A stretch of 64,000 bases of DNA from an uncultured Chloroflexia bacterium (GCA_963765765.1 CAVXYC010000010.1:1-64000); one strand, 5' to 3'; shown: positions 1-10,722, counted from the stretch's first letter. Program-made: numbers and translations. Notes: a model not told the origin generated them from the sequence alone.

Positions 1-614
1 TGTGTAGCGCCTGGTTCGGTTCGTATTGCTCCTTCCTGGTCGAGTACGACCGCGAGGGCCTGCTGATCTGGACGTGCGCTACAACGGCGGCGGCCACGTC
101 TCGGGGCTGCTGCTGGAGAAGCTGGCGAGGCGGCGGCTCGGCTACGACTTCCCGCGCTGGGGCGTCCCGGAGCCGTACCCGCAGCGCCGCGCGGGCCCGA
201 TCGTCGCCCTCACCAACGAGCTAGCCGGCTCGGACGGCGACATCTTCAGCCACACGTTCAAGCGTTGAAGCTCGGGCCGCTGGTCGGCAAGCGGACCTGG
301 GGCGGCGTGATCGGCATCTGGCCGCGCCACACCCTCGCCGACGGCACGTTGACGACGCAGCCGGAGTTCTCGTTCTTCTTCGACGACGTCGGCTGGAGCG
401 TCGAGAACTACGGCACCGATCCCGACGTGGAGGTGGACAACCGTCCGCAAGACTACCTGCGCGGCGTGGACGTGCAGTTAGAGCAGGCGATCCAGATCTG
501 CATGGCGCTGCTCGCCGAGAAGCCGCCGCACACGCCCGAACGCAAGCAGGCCCGCAACCTTGCGCCGCCCCGGCCCTGCCGCCTCGTGCGCGGAAGGCGA
601 CGGGACGGACGTAA
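1..614 (+). CDS. Tricorn protease (S41 family), C-terminal part; 5'-truncated by window, frameshifted
   Basis: DVRYNGGG, TNELAGSDGDIF (catalytic Ser motif), GKRTWGGVIGI, ENYGTDPD across ORFs 26..268 and 265..; stop position approximate. Confidence 0.88.
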
Positions 615-620
615 GAACGG

Positions 621-713
621 CCCCCTCCCCCGAACCCTCCCCCGCTTCGCGGGAGAGGGGAGACGCCCTCGCCCCGACCCTCTCCCACAAGGAGAGGGGG
701 TCAGGGGGAGGGG
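621..713. repeat. REP-like palindromic intergenic element (CCCTCTCCC..GGGAGAGGG type) between convergent genes
   Basis: Imperfect hairpins CCCTCCCCCGC-TTC-GCGGGAGAGGGG and CCCTCTCCCACAAGGAGAGGG; related element at 45378-45472. Confidence 0.7.
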
Positions 714-726
714 CAACCCCGAGAGA

Positions 727-1170
727 TTACTTGACGTCGAGCAGCTCGACCTCGAAGATCAGCGTCGCGTTCGGCGGGATCACGCCGCCGGCGCCGCGCG
801 CGCCGTAGCCGAGGTCCGGCGGGATCGTCAGCTTGCGCTTGCCGCCGACCTTCATGCCGGCGACGCCCTCGTCCCAGCCCTTGATGACCTGGCCGGCGCC
901 GAGCGGGAACGCGAACGGCTCGCCGCGGTCGCGCGAGCTGTCGAACTTCTTGCCGTCGGTGAGCGTGCCCGTGTAGTGGACCGAGACCGTCTGGCCGGCC
1001 TTCGCCTCGGCGCCGGTGCCGACCTTCGTGTCGGTGTACTTGAAGCCTGACGGGGTGGTGACCTCCTGGCCGCCGCCCGATCCGCCACCAGGTGGCGACT
1101 GGCTCTGGGCACAGGCCGTGAGCACCAGGCCCAACACGGCTGCCCCGACCACGATCACAAGTCCGATCAT
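727..1170 (-). CDS. FKBP-type peptidyl-prolyl cis-trans isomerase, probable lipoprotein
   Basis: [50 protein letters not shown]; hydrophobic N-terminus with LTAC lipobox. Confidence 0.95.
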   Translation of the reverse strand: MIGLVIVVGAAVLGLVLTACAQSQSPPGGGSGGGQEVTTPSGFKYTDTKVGTGAEAKAGQTVSVHYTGTLTDGKKFDSSRDRGEPFAFPLGAGQVIKGWDEGVAGMKVGGKRKLTIPPDLGYGARGAGGVIPPNATLIFEVELLDVK

Positions 1171-1540
1171 GCGCGCTCTCCTTTGTTGTGGCTGCATACG
1201 TCCGGCCACTCCCAGGTTGTCTTCTTGCCACAAAGGATCGCTCGGATACGGTGAATCGTGCCACTCCTGTGACATCGATGTCGGAACCGATCGGATTCCG
1301 GCGTGCATCTGGCCTAGAATATGCGGCAAAGTAAGGCTCACCGGGCGCGCCGGCATGTCACATGACGAGACGTCGGCGCGCCACGCGGCGGCAACGGATA
1401 GCCGCCCCTCTGCTTGCCAATGGCGACAAGCGATCCTCCCAAAGACGGGACATTCGCCAGGTCCGGCTGGGCAGCGGGCGGCGCACGCTTGAAACTGCTT
1501 GGGGCCGGCCAGGTCCACGACGTTCGAGGTGATGGCAACA

Positions 1541-2357
1541 ATGGGGTCGTGTCGATTCGCTGTGACGCTCCTGATCGGGGCACCGGGCGCGGGCAAAGGC
1601 ACCCAGGCACGATTCCTCTGCAGCACGCTGGGGATGCCACACGTGGCGACCGGCGACCTGCTCCGTGACCACCGGCGACGCGGCACCGACCTCGGCGCGA
1701 CGGCCAAGCAGTACATGGACCATGGCGAATTAGTGCCCGATCGGCTTGTCGTCGACATGGTGCTGGAGCGGCTCCAGGAGCCGGATGCGGCCCAGGGCGC
1801 CCTCCTCGATGGCTTCCCGCGCACGGCCGCGCAGGCACAGGCGCTCGACCGGGAGCTCGAGGGGCGGGGGGGCGGCGTGACGACCGCCCTCTTCCTCGAC
1901 GTTCCGACCGGCGTACTCGTGGATCGGCTTGCCCGGTCGCCGCGTCTGCACCGAGTGCCAGGCGACGTACAACATCTACTTCCAGAACCTCGGCGAGCGG
2001 ATGACCTGCTTTGACTGCGACGAACCGCTTGTCCAGCGCCCCGACGACCGCCGCGACGTGGTCGAGCGGCGCGTCGAGGTCTTCACGCGCGAGACGACGG
2101 CCGTTCTCGACCACTATCGCGCACGCGGCCTGCTGCGTCGGATCGACGGCCACCGCCCAATCCAGGAGGTGCGCCAGGATCTTGTGCGGACGGTCCAGGC
2201 CGGCTTGTCGCAGTCGCGATCGGTCGATGCTCGTCCAGCAAGCCCGGCCGCTGATGACCTCGCGGACGCGGGAGACGTCGAGGTCGATCCGCTCTGGCCC
2301 GCGTCGCTCGACTTCCCGCGCGTCCGGGGGCCGCTGGAGCGAACCGCGACCGCCTGA
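1541..2357 (+). CDS. adk: Adenylate kinase with Zn-LID; frameshift near 1930
   Basis: [12 protein letters not shown]-loop, TGDLLR, GELVPD, LDGFPRT, LID CTEC-x16-CFDC, QRPDD. Confidence 0.92.
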
Positions 2358-2479
2358 TACTCCCCCGTCGCGATGCGCCATACTGCCCCCGGCGCACACA
2401 CCGCGCCCGGCGCTCGGGCCTCGCTCCACCGACATGGTGGACGCGGGTCGGCAAGCGACCGCGAGGTGGGGGTACACGG

Positions 2480-3450
2480 ATGCAGATGCGCAAACTGGGA
2501 CGTTCTGACCTCGACGTCAGCGTCCTCTGTTTTGGCGGGAACATCTTCGGCTGGACGACCGACGAGCAGGCCTCGTACACCGTGCTCGACGCTTTCATGG
2601 AGGTCGGCGGCAACTTCGTCGACACGGCAGACGTGTACTCGCGCTGGGTGCCGGGCAACGAGGGCGGCGAGTCCGAGGACGTGCTCGGGCGCTGGATGCA
2701 AGCACGCGGCAACCGAGCCGACGTGGTGATCGCGACCAAGCTCGCCAGCCCGATGAGCGACGACGGCACGAAACAGGGCCTCTCGCGCCGCTACATCATG
2801 GAGGCCGTCGAGGCGTCGCTGCGGCGGCTCCAGACCGACTACATCGACCTGTACCAGTCACACCGCGACGACCCGAACACGTCGATGGAAGAGACGCTCG
2901 GGGCGTACGGCGACCTGATCCAACAGGGCAAGGTGCGCTACATCGGGGCGTCCAACTTCACAGCCGAGCGCCTCGCCGAGTCGCTGGCGGTGAGCAAGCA
3001 GCACAACCTGCCCCGCTACGAGAGCCTGCAGCCGGTCTACAACCTGATGAACCGGGAGGACTACGAGCGCGACCTGGAGCCGCTCTGCCAGAAGGAGGAG
3101 GTCGGCGTCATCCCCTACTCGTCGCTGGCGAGCGGCTTCCTGTCCGGCAAGTACCGCCGGACGCCCCGCTGCCGTCCTCACCGCGCGCGTCGGGCATCCG
3201 TGACCGCTACATGAACGAGCGCGGCTTCGGCATTCTGGCGGCTGTCGAGGAGGTCGCTGGTCGGCTCGGCGCGACGCCGGCCCAGGTTGCCCTAGCCTGG
3301 ATCGCGCGCCGGCCCGGCATGACCGGACCGATCGCGAGCGCCACCACGCCCGAGCAGCTCGACGAGCTTGTGGGTGGCATCGAGCTGGTGCTGGACGACG
3401 AGGCCGTAGCCACGCTTGACAAAGTGAGCGCCTGGAACGGCGAGGCATGA
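2480..3450 (+). CDS. Aldo/keto reductase; frameshift near 3165
   Basis: DTADVY, ATK, SLRRLQTDYIDLYQSH, GKVRYIGASN, YSSLASGFLSGKY, QVALAW. Confidence 0.93.
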
Positions 3451-3526
3451 TCGACTGACCGTCCGCGCGTCGTCCGACCGTGGAGCGTCACACACCGACA
3501 GGATCGTCACAAGGAAGGGGCACATC

Positions 3527-3849
3527 ATGGCCGTCTACATGACGCAGTTCAATTACACCTCTGAGGCCTGGGCGGCGCTGGCCAAGAACCCGACCAATCG
3601 TCGCGAGACCATCGACAAGGTGTTCCAAGCTGTCGGTGGCCGGCTGATCGAGCTGTATTACTGTCTCGGCGAGTACGACGGCGTGCTTCTCGTGGAAGCG
3701 CCTGACGATTCCGCCATCGTGTCCGCGCTGGTCGCTGTGGCGGGTCCGGCCACGCCAGGTCGATCAAGACGACGAAGCTGCTCTCGGCCGACGAGATGGT
3801 GGAGTCGCTGCGGAAGGCCGGCAGCATCTCGTTCTCCGGCCCGAAGTAA
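3527..3849 (+). CDS. GYD domain protein; frameshift near 3750
   Basis: YMTQFNYT...GGRLIELYYCLGEYDGVLLVEAPDD...IKTTKLL. Confidence 0.85.
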
Positions 3850-3870
3850 AACAAAGCTCCCGCATCTACC

Positions 3871-3910
3871 GACGGGCACTCAGGTCTTCCGAGCCGCCTG
3901 GGTGCCCGTT
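3871..3910 (+). terminator. Hairpin after GYD gene
   Basis: GACGGGCACTCAGG...CCTGGGTGCCCGTT inverted repeat; weak U-tract. Confidence 0.45.
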
Positions 3911-3988
3911 CACGTGCCGGCGACACACTGTGGGACGCCGATCCTCAGACCTATAATCTGACGAACCCAACTGCGGTCGAGGTGCGCC

Positions 3989-4222
3989 ATGTCGGCGAGG
4001 CTTGACGAGTTGAAGCGTGAGGCCGCGAAGCTCTCCGATGCCGAGCGCGCTGAACTGGCCCTTGTCCTCGTCGAGTCGCTGGAAACGCCGTCCGACGACG
4101 CCGATGTCGAGAGATCCTGGCAGGCTGAGATCGAGCGCCGGGCTGCTGAGCTGGAGCGCGGACAGGTGAAACCTGTGCCGGGCGACGACGTCTTCGCGCG
4201 AGTGCGTCGCGACCTCGGGTGG
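3989..4222 (+). pseudogene. Addiction-module antitoxin (TIGR02574-like), stop codon lost
   Basis: LSDAERAELALVLVESL...WQAEIERRAAELERGQVKPVPGDDVF; TGG where a TGA overlapping the toxin GTG is expected; TATAAT at 3951. Confidence 0.8.
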
Positions 4223-4515
4223 TCCCTTACGCGTTCCATCCCGAGGCCGAAGCAGAGCTCATTGCCGCATCGCTCTTCTTTGAGACGCGCGGACGAGGAC
4301 TGGGTACGTCGTTCGTCGACGCCGTCGAGCGCTCGGTGGCGTTTATTCGCCAGTATCCAGACGTTGGCACACCGATCAGTCGGTCGCGTCGGCGTGTCCT
4401 CGTGCGGGGGTTCCCCTATTCAGTCGTGTACGCGCCAATCCGAACGGGTTCTAATCCTGGCCGTCACACATCATCGGCAGCGACCAGGATACTGGCGAGA
4501 TCGATCCTCATTCCT
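4219..4515 (+). pseudogene. RelE/ParE-family toxin; frameshift near 4435
   Basis: FHPEAEAEL...GLGTSFVDAVE...RRVLVRGFPYSVVY, then ILAVTHHRQRPGYWRDR in another frame. Confidence 0.85.
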
Positions 4516-4528
4516 TGACGAGGACTTA

Positions 4529-5012
4529 CGGCGTGTTGCAGAACCCGTTGGCGGAGGCATGATGCGCCACCGTTATGTCTCTGCACCCGGTATCCGACGA
4601 CCTGTGGGAAGCAATCGAGCCGCTGCTGCCAAAGGAGCCCTTGAAGCCGAAGGGCGGTCGACCCCGTATCCCCGACCGGGCTGCTCTCGGCGGCATCGTC
4701 TTCGTCTAGCGTACGGGCACGCCGTGGCGTCTGTTGCCCCAGGAACTGGTTTGCGGGAGCGGCTGCTGGCGGCTACTCCGCGACCGGGAGGCAGCCGGCG
4801 TCTGGGTGCGGCCACACGCCACGCTGTTGAACTGGCTCGGCGATGCGGGGGCCATCGACTGGTCGCGCGCGAGTGTGGACAGCATCAGCGGCGGGGCCAA
4901 GCGGGGCGGCGACCTGACCGGTCCGTACCCGATTGATCAGGGCGAGCGCGGCGCCAAGTACCACCTCGCGGTGGACTGTAATGGGATCCCGCTCGCCGTC
5001 CGTCTCTCGGCT
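4529..5012 (+). mobile_element. IS5-family element remnant (left end plus N-terminal transposase, internal stop)
   Basis: End GGCGTGTTGCAGAAC; SDDLWEAIEPLLP, GGRPRIPDRAALGGIVFV*RTG, IDWSRASVDS, KYHLAVDCNGIPLAV. Confidence 0.88.
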
Positions 5013-5124
5013 TCGGCGGCGGTCGGATGTGCTGCTCGGCCTGCTGCACCTCGCCTGCGCACTCGTCTGCTTCAGGTCCCTACCGAATTGACTCGGCCGT
5101 GTGCGTGGGACCGGCCGCTGACGA

Positions 5125-6306
5125 TCAGTGGGCGGACACGGCGGCAGCCGCCTCGGCCTCGGCGTCGTAGTTCCAGATCCAGGCGCGGTCCACAGCTTGG
5201 CTACCGAGCTGCCGGTCACGGGCGTCGAGGTCACTCGAGGCTTCGTAGCGCGTCCGGTTCGCCCGCGACATCGCCTGAACGCCAGCCGTGCGCTCGCGCC
5301 GGACCGACTCGTAGATCCGCAGCGCCTCCGGGACGGATGCGCGGTCCGCCTGCGCCAGGATCGTGGCGAGGGCGATGCCATCCTCGATCGCCTGGTTCGC
5401 GCCCTGACCGGCGTGGGGGAGCATCGGGTGGGCGGCGTCTCCCAGCAGGGTCAGGCGACCTCCGGCTCCACCTGGGCAGCGGCTCACGGTCGTACAGGCC
5501 CCAGCGGAAACACGTCGTGTACCTGGCGAGGACCGCCTCAACCGCGGATCCCAGCCGGCGAACTCGGCAGCGAGCGCGGCCGGATCGCCTGGAGCAGACC
5601 ACGACTCCTTCATGTGCTCGTCTGTCGGGCACGAAGCCGACGTAGTTGATCAGCTGGTTGGCCCGCACGGGGTAGACCATGAAGCGCTTGCCAGCACCCA
5701 GCCAGTTGCGCATCACGCCGGCCGGCCAGCCGACGCTCGCGGCCGGGATGACGCCGCGATACGCCATGGCGCCCGACGGGATCGGTGCCGAAGGTTCGAC
5801 GACATACGGCTGGAGCACGGAGTGGATGCCGTCTGCCCCACGACGACATCGGCTGTGGCCCGTCGCCGTTAGCGAAGATGACGGTGGCTTGCTCGTCATC
5901 CTGCTCGAAGCTGACACAGCGATGGCCGGTCTGAGATAATCCGGCCGGCAGCCGATCCACCAGCATCCCGAGCAGGTCTGCTCGGTGCATGCCATAGAAC
6001 TCGATCTCACTCGCCTGAGGCGCCAGCTGCAAGATGAATGTGCCGTCCGCGCGGCGGAACTGCGCATCGGTCCAACGTGCGCCGTAGCGAACGATCTCGT
6101 CGCCGAAGCCCAGCCGACGCAGTACCCGGAGGCCATTCGGCTGAAGAGCTGACACCCGCGCCGACCTCAGTCAGCGCCGACGCCTGCTCGTAGACCCGGA
6201 CGTCGAGGCCACGCTGGAGCAGGGCGTTGGCGGCGGCGGCACCGCCGATACCCCCACCAATGATCGCCACCCGCAACGCAGCCGAGCCCATAGCGCCGGC
6301 CATCAT
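5125..6306 (-). CDS. FAD-dependent monooxygenase (salicylate hydroxylase-like); several frameshifts
   Basis: IIGGGIGG, EVGAGV, HRADL, GADGIHS, LLGDAAHPMLPHAGQGANQAIEDG. Confidence 0.88.
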
Positions 6307-7293
6307 GGCATGGAGCGACTGCTACGTCAATCACAAGCCGGTCAGGCGAGCACGAGGTGGAGGTTTTGATTCGGGCTCCAAGGACTCGCCCACACTGGAG
6401 GGCGGCGATCACGTCGAGTTATCCGTGGACTCTCGCGGCTTCGTCATGGGTGCCTGACTCGAACGCACCAGAATCGAAGGACAGCCACACAGCGGCACGA
6501 GAGATGGCCTCGGGGGATGGACCTGCCAGAAGGACCTCCGCATCGTCCGCGCGTCCTGCATTAAGAGTGCGGCCGCGTTCTGCGCCAGCCGTCCCAAGCT
6601 AAAGTCAGCGGACCTGTTCTGCCTGGCTGAGCGGATGGAAGCGTGGGTGCTGCGATGAGGCCCTGACCAGCCCATTGAGCCGCAATCCCCTGCCGAGGAC
6701 GTGGCCAGAGGATGGAACGCCGTCCACGACCGCGACCGTGGCGTCCCCCAGCAAGGAGACACCACATCATGACTATTTCCGATTCCGAATTCAACAACTT
6801 CATCAGCGTGCTACCGGAAGACGCGGCCGCGGGTGCGGAGTATGGCGCATCATGAATAGGACGCTGGACGTATGAAACAAAGGGTGCTGCGGGAGGCGTG
6901 ATGGATTTGACCGAGGAGCAGCGGCGGCGGCTGGCCATCGTCGTGCGATATCGGGTTGCCCGGAACCCGGATGGGGGACTGCCATCGAGCGAGCGGAGCG
7001 CATGCACGAGCGCCGGAACATATCGCAACCCCAATGCGAAACCTCGGTTGCTGATGTTTGGTACGAGGACGACGGCAGGGTACAGATGCGGTTCAATCGA
7101 TCAATGACTCCCTCCAAGGGAGAGGGGGTAATCTTCCAGCCTGAAGTACACGAGGTATGGGGACCCGGACCACGAAGATACGCTAGCTCCGGTGAATAAG
7201 TCTCGTCGGACACGGTGGGCTACACGCTCAGGGCCGATGACTAGGCAACTCCGGACAAACGAGGTGGGCCACGCCCAGGGCCCAGTGACTGAC

Positions 7294-7347
7294 TGACCCA
7301 ATTGGTGACCTAACCACGGCGTCCAGGTACGGCCAATACTGACCAAA
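7294..7347. repeat. Integrase arm-type direct repeats, left of att core
   Basis: TGACCCAA (7294), TGACCTAA (7306), TGACCAAA (7340). Confidence 0.5.
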
Positions 7348-7420
7348 GCCGGGGCGAAAGGTGGCCATTTTCAACTCGCTTCTACACGGTATTGGACGCC
7401 CCTGGACGGGCGAGACAGAA

Positions 7421-7475
7421 CTCAAACACCGTTGAGGGCAACCTCATGGGGGTTCGAATCCCCCCTTCGGCACCA
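7421..7475 (+). tRNA. tRNA-Leu(CAA) 3' half only (att-site duplication, not a functional gene)
   Basis: Anticodon loop CTCAAAC, 3' stem ACCGT, variable arm GAGG-GCAA-CCTC, T-arm GGGGG-TTCGAAT-CCCCC, acceptor CTTCGGC-A-CCA; no matching 5' half upstream. Confidence 0.85.
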
Positions 7476-7527
7476 GATTTTACGTTCAGGCTGACCTGTT
7501 GAGTGCCTGTTAGCAGAGTCGCCGCCG

Positions 7528-7630
7528 TGTAGCGGATCTGCTACATATCTGCTACACATAGTCCGTGTGGCGCCCAAAGCAAAAGGCCTGCTCCAGATGC
7601 ACCGATGGCAGGCCTTTGTGTTTGCTACAC
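7528..7630. repeat. Second set of arm-type repeats right of att core, with a hairpin
   Basis: ATCTGCTACA at 7536 and 7547, inverted TGTAGC at 7528, TGCTACAC at 7623; AAAGGCCTGC...GCAGGCCTTT hairpin about 7582-7617. Confidence 0.5.
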
Positions 7631-7817
7631 TCGGACTGTCGACTCGCTGGCTCCGGGTCGGCTCTTTGCCCTGGGGGTGTTTGCAGCACCGCTAGGGCAT
7701 CTTTGGTTGTTAAGGTGGCGCATGGTACGCTCGTCGCCGGCTCGAGTCAAGCTGGCGAGCTAGTAGACCGACACACCCACGTGAACTTTCGGGGCCGAGT
7801 TGGTTCTGCGGCACATC

Positions 7818-7845
7818 TTGACACGCCGGAACCAGAACCTACACT
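7818..7845 (+). promoter_or_regulatory. Sigma70-type promoter
   Basis: TTGACA-16 nt-TACACT upstream of GGAGG RBS. Confidence 0.55.
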
Positions 7846-7879
7846 GGAGATGCGGAAAGGTCGCCCAGGGAGGATGGCC

Positions 7880-8206
7880 ATGCCAGTCTACATGACGCAG
7901 TTTTCGTACACGACGGAGGCCTGGCAAGCGATGGCCCGCAATCCGGTTGACCGCCGGCAGGTGCTGCGGCCCTTGATGGAGGCGGTCGGCGGCCGACTCA
8001 TCGATCTGTACTATGCGTTTGGGGATTACGATGGGGTCGTGCTGTACGAGGCGCCGGACGATGCGGCCGCTTCGGCTGCTGTACTTGCAGTGGTCGTGTC
8101 CGGTACCGCGAAGCCGGTCAAGACGACGAAGCTGCTCACCGTCGAGGAGGCGTTGCCGGCGCTGCGCAAGGCGAGGGAACTATCCTACCAGCGGCCCACT
8201 GCATAA
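7880..8206 (+). CDS. GYD domain protein (second copy)
   Basis: YMTQFSYT...GGRLIDLYYAFGDYDGVVLYEAPDD...VKTTKLL. Confidence 0.88.
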   Translation: MPVYMTQFSYTTEAWQAMARNPVDRRQVLRPLMEAVGGRLIDLYYAFGDYDGVVLYEAPDDAAASAAVLAVVVSGTAKPVKTTKLLTVEEALPALRKARELSYQRPTA

Positions 8207-8305
8207 CCGTTCGGCACCGCAGTGCGGACAACCCACGTCCCTGCCCGCACCGCTCATCGTCGTAACCCCGGTATGATCCTCCGCCCTACCCGTAAGCTCC
8301 ATCCG

Positions 8306-9343
8306 ATGAGGCTGTCTCTGCGCTCCGTTACCCGCCTGATATCCGCCGCCGTACTCCTCGCTGCAACCGGCCATGGCGGCCTCGAAGTCGCTTCTGCGCA
8401 AGGTGCCCCGCTCGACCCACGGGCAATTGCGTTGACCCCGTCCGATGTCGCCCCTGGTTTTGTCGTGAGTCCCGAGGAGACGGCGTTCGGGCCACTGACG
8501 GAGGGCGTCGGTGTGCAGTTCCGAACGGTCATGAATCGAGCCGACATACCTGAACCGTCTGATGGAAGCCCGATGCAGATTCGTCAGACTATCCTACGAT
8601 TCGACCGCCACATCTCCGCCGCAGAGTTCTTGCCTGGATTCGTCGATTACGTGATGCAAGGCCAGGGGGCATATCGCATCGCTCCGGACGGCCCGAATGA
8701 CGCCATGACCGCCAGTTTCGTGCAGACGGTCGAAGGCAATCCGAACGTCGGGTACACCGTCGTTTTCCTTAAGAACGACATGCTGGTAGGCGTGACCGTG
8801 GTGGGCGACCAAAGTTCGACTACCGTTGCGAGTGCTACGGAGCTCGCGAGACGGATTGAAAGCCGCTACGATGCCCTGGTGTCTCCGCCAACGGGAGGGG
8901 TCGCCCAATCGGCACCAACTGCCGTAGCTCCGACTCCGCAACCGTCCGGCACACTGCCGCCCGATCTCGCCGCACGCTGCTCCGATATCGCTGTCCGGGA
9001 GGGGGAGCAGAACCCTGGCCTTGGAGCCTCGGCCAGTAATGTCGTTGAGGTGACCAACGAACTGTGCAGAACCATCGCAGCGGAGTGGGGAGAGGCCGGG
9101 ATCACGTGCGTGGAGACGGCGGTGAGCATCGAGCACGGGATCAAGCGCACCAGCGGGTGTAATGAATCCCGCATCAGTTCTCAGTTCATGTCTCTCGAAC
9201 CTTTCTCGGTAGGACATGACACAGCCGTTCCGGGTACTCGCCCATTGGGCAGTCGCAGAACTGCGCCGGTCCGTCCGCCGATTGAAATCCCTCACGCCTC
9301 GAAGTGGAATGAGCGGGCAACCTTAACGGGAGATCCGCCATAG
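8306..9343 (+). CDS. Hypothetical secreted protein
   Basis: Signal-like N-terminus (..ASA-QG), IALTPSDVAPGF motif, Pro/Thr linker, Cys-containing C-terminal part; 3' end uncertain. Confidence 0.55.
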   Translation: MRLSLRSVTRLISAAVLLAATGHGGLEVASAQGAPLDPRAIALTPSDVAPGFVVSPEETAFGPLTEGVGVQFRTVMNRADIPEPSDGSPMQIRQTILRFDRHISAAEFLPGFVDYVMQGQGAYRIAPDGPNDAMTASFVQTVEGNPNVGYTVVFLKNDMLVGVTVVGDQSSTTVASATELARRIESRYDALVSPPTGGVAQSAPTAVAPTPQPSGTLPPDLAARCSDIAVREGEQNPGLGASASNVVEVTNELCRTIAAEWGEAGITCVETAVSIEHGIKRTSGCNESRISSQFMSLEPFSVGHDTAVPGTRPLGSRRTAPVRPPIEIPHASKWNERATLTGDPP

Positions 9344-9604
9344 AAATTTCGAACTCCCTGTCCGCCTGTCGCCGAAGATGAACCTCGGGTAACGGATAGG
9401 GCCCTGACCTTCCTGACACCCTACCCCTGCCAAGGCGATGCAGGCTCCGCAGATCGCATCTCCGGCAACCTTTTCGTTTCTACCATTCCACCACCCCCTT
9501 ACGTGGGCAGCGGTAGAATCGAATTCCGCTGCCCCCAACGAGTAGTTTGAGGGAAGGGGATCGGTGCCCTGAGAGGCACGGATCCCCTTCCCTCCTATTC
9601 GATT

Positions 9605-10500
9605 TCACCACTGCCCAATTGCATAGGGTGGTGAAGTGGTAGAAAGCGAATCAACGTCCTCGTCGTCGTCGCTTTCACTCAGGGAATAGCGGAACGGGCT
9701 TCCCTTCTTCCCCGTGCCCTCACGCATTACCTTCCTCTAGCTTCGAGACTGGCCACCGCTCCACTCACACGCTGTTGGGGAATGTTCGTGGCCTTACCAA
9801 TCTCGGGTTGCGTCAAGCCGTGACCGTATTGCTTCAGTGCTTCGAGCACTGCATTCTCACGGCTTGCCGCTTCGAGGTCGAGCGGTGACCGATCACTCGG
9901 TATTTGTCTCCAACGAGATAAACGAGAAGTGTTTCGGGTGTGGCCTGAAACCGTCCGATAGCGTCGAGCCGTCGGCGGTTGCCTTTGTCGTGGTCACGTT
10001 TCATCGTGAGCACCACGTCAGCAGCCGCAGGAATAGCCGTGGAGCCACGCAACTCGCCACTGCCTTTGCTGAGACGGTGAAGCACCAGGACTGCCAATCC
10101 TCGGCCGGATGCACGGAGCAGCGGCTCCATTGCTTCGGTCATAAAGCCGCTCTTGTTCTCTTCGTCGCCTCGGACACCGGACCAATAGCCGAACGTGTCC
10201 ACGACCACGCCGGCGATCATCCACTGAGCGAGCTTCACAGCATCGTCAATGATCTCAAGCAAGGGGGCCGCTGCGTGGTGATTGCCGATCGGTCCACGAC
10301 TCGGAAAATGTCATCGAAGGGGTGAGTCCGAATCGTCGGAGCTTCTCGCCCACGGGCCCTGGACCTTCCTCACTCAAGTAGATCACACCCGTCTGTGAGC
10401 ACGGCTGACCGAGGAACGGCTCACCACTGAGCAGCGCCCGCACGAGGGCCATGGTGAGTGTGCCCTTCCCGGCCTTCTCCCCGGGCGCCAAGGACCGTGA
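9605..10500 (-). pseudogene. AAA_25/RecA-type ATPase (RepA-like helicase of integrative elements), fragmented, HTH-like tail
   Basis: Walker A PGEKAGKGT, FLG, VIYLSEE, Walker B VVVDT, VLVLHR, LRGSTAIPAAAD; GLTQPEIGKATNIPQQRVS tail. Confidence 0.75.
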
Positions 10501-10596
10501 CGGCCCCCGAGGCTAGGCGATCTCAAGTGCCGGGCTCCGTCGGAACGGCGACGAACTTACGGGCGTTGATCAGACGCCACCCGGCCCCATTCGATT

Positions 10597-10701
10597 CTAG
10601 CCCGTAGCGATAGCTCGTCCGATCAGTTCGGCCGCCTCGGCGTCGTGCTCGTTTAGCGCATGGGCATAGATGCTAATCGTGATCTGGAGGTTCACATAGC
10701 C
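10597..10701 (-). pseudogene. Tyrosine integrase extreme C-terminus (copy 1)
   Basis: GYVNLQITISIYAHALNEHDAEAAELIGRAIATG* translated by hand. Confidence 0.8.
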
Positions 10702-10722
10702 ATGTCGAGCTTGAGCTATTGA

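Noticed and set aside
1171-1824. Long N-terminal extension of the FKBP ORF (727..1824)
   Set aside because: It overlaps adk on the opposite strand; an RBS and signal peptide support the start at 1170
1338-2769. Long antisense ORFs here and throughout (e.g. 1338..2477, 47426..48118, 63206..63691)
   Set aside because: They are Arg/Pro/Ala-rich shadow ORFs opposite well-supported genes, as expected in GC-rich DNA
3989-4936. 315-aa antitoxin-toxin-transposase fusion ORF
   Set aside because: It arises from a lost stop plus a frameshift; the middle and end are out-of-frame readings of the toxin and IS
6400-7230. Short ORFs 6898..7107 and 7002..7199 as defined genes
   Set aside because: They may be pieces of one degraded gene, but no recognisable motif supports a call
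7380-7475. Complete or intron-containing tRNA-Leu gene
   Set aside because: There is no 5' acceptor strand (GCCGAAG), D-arm or 5' anticodon stem at a suitable position; only the 3' half is present
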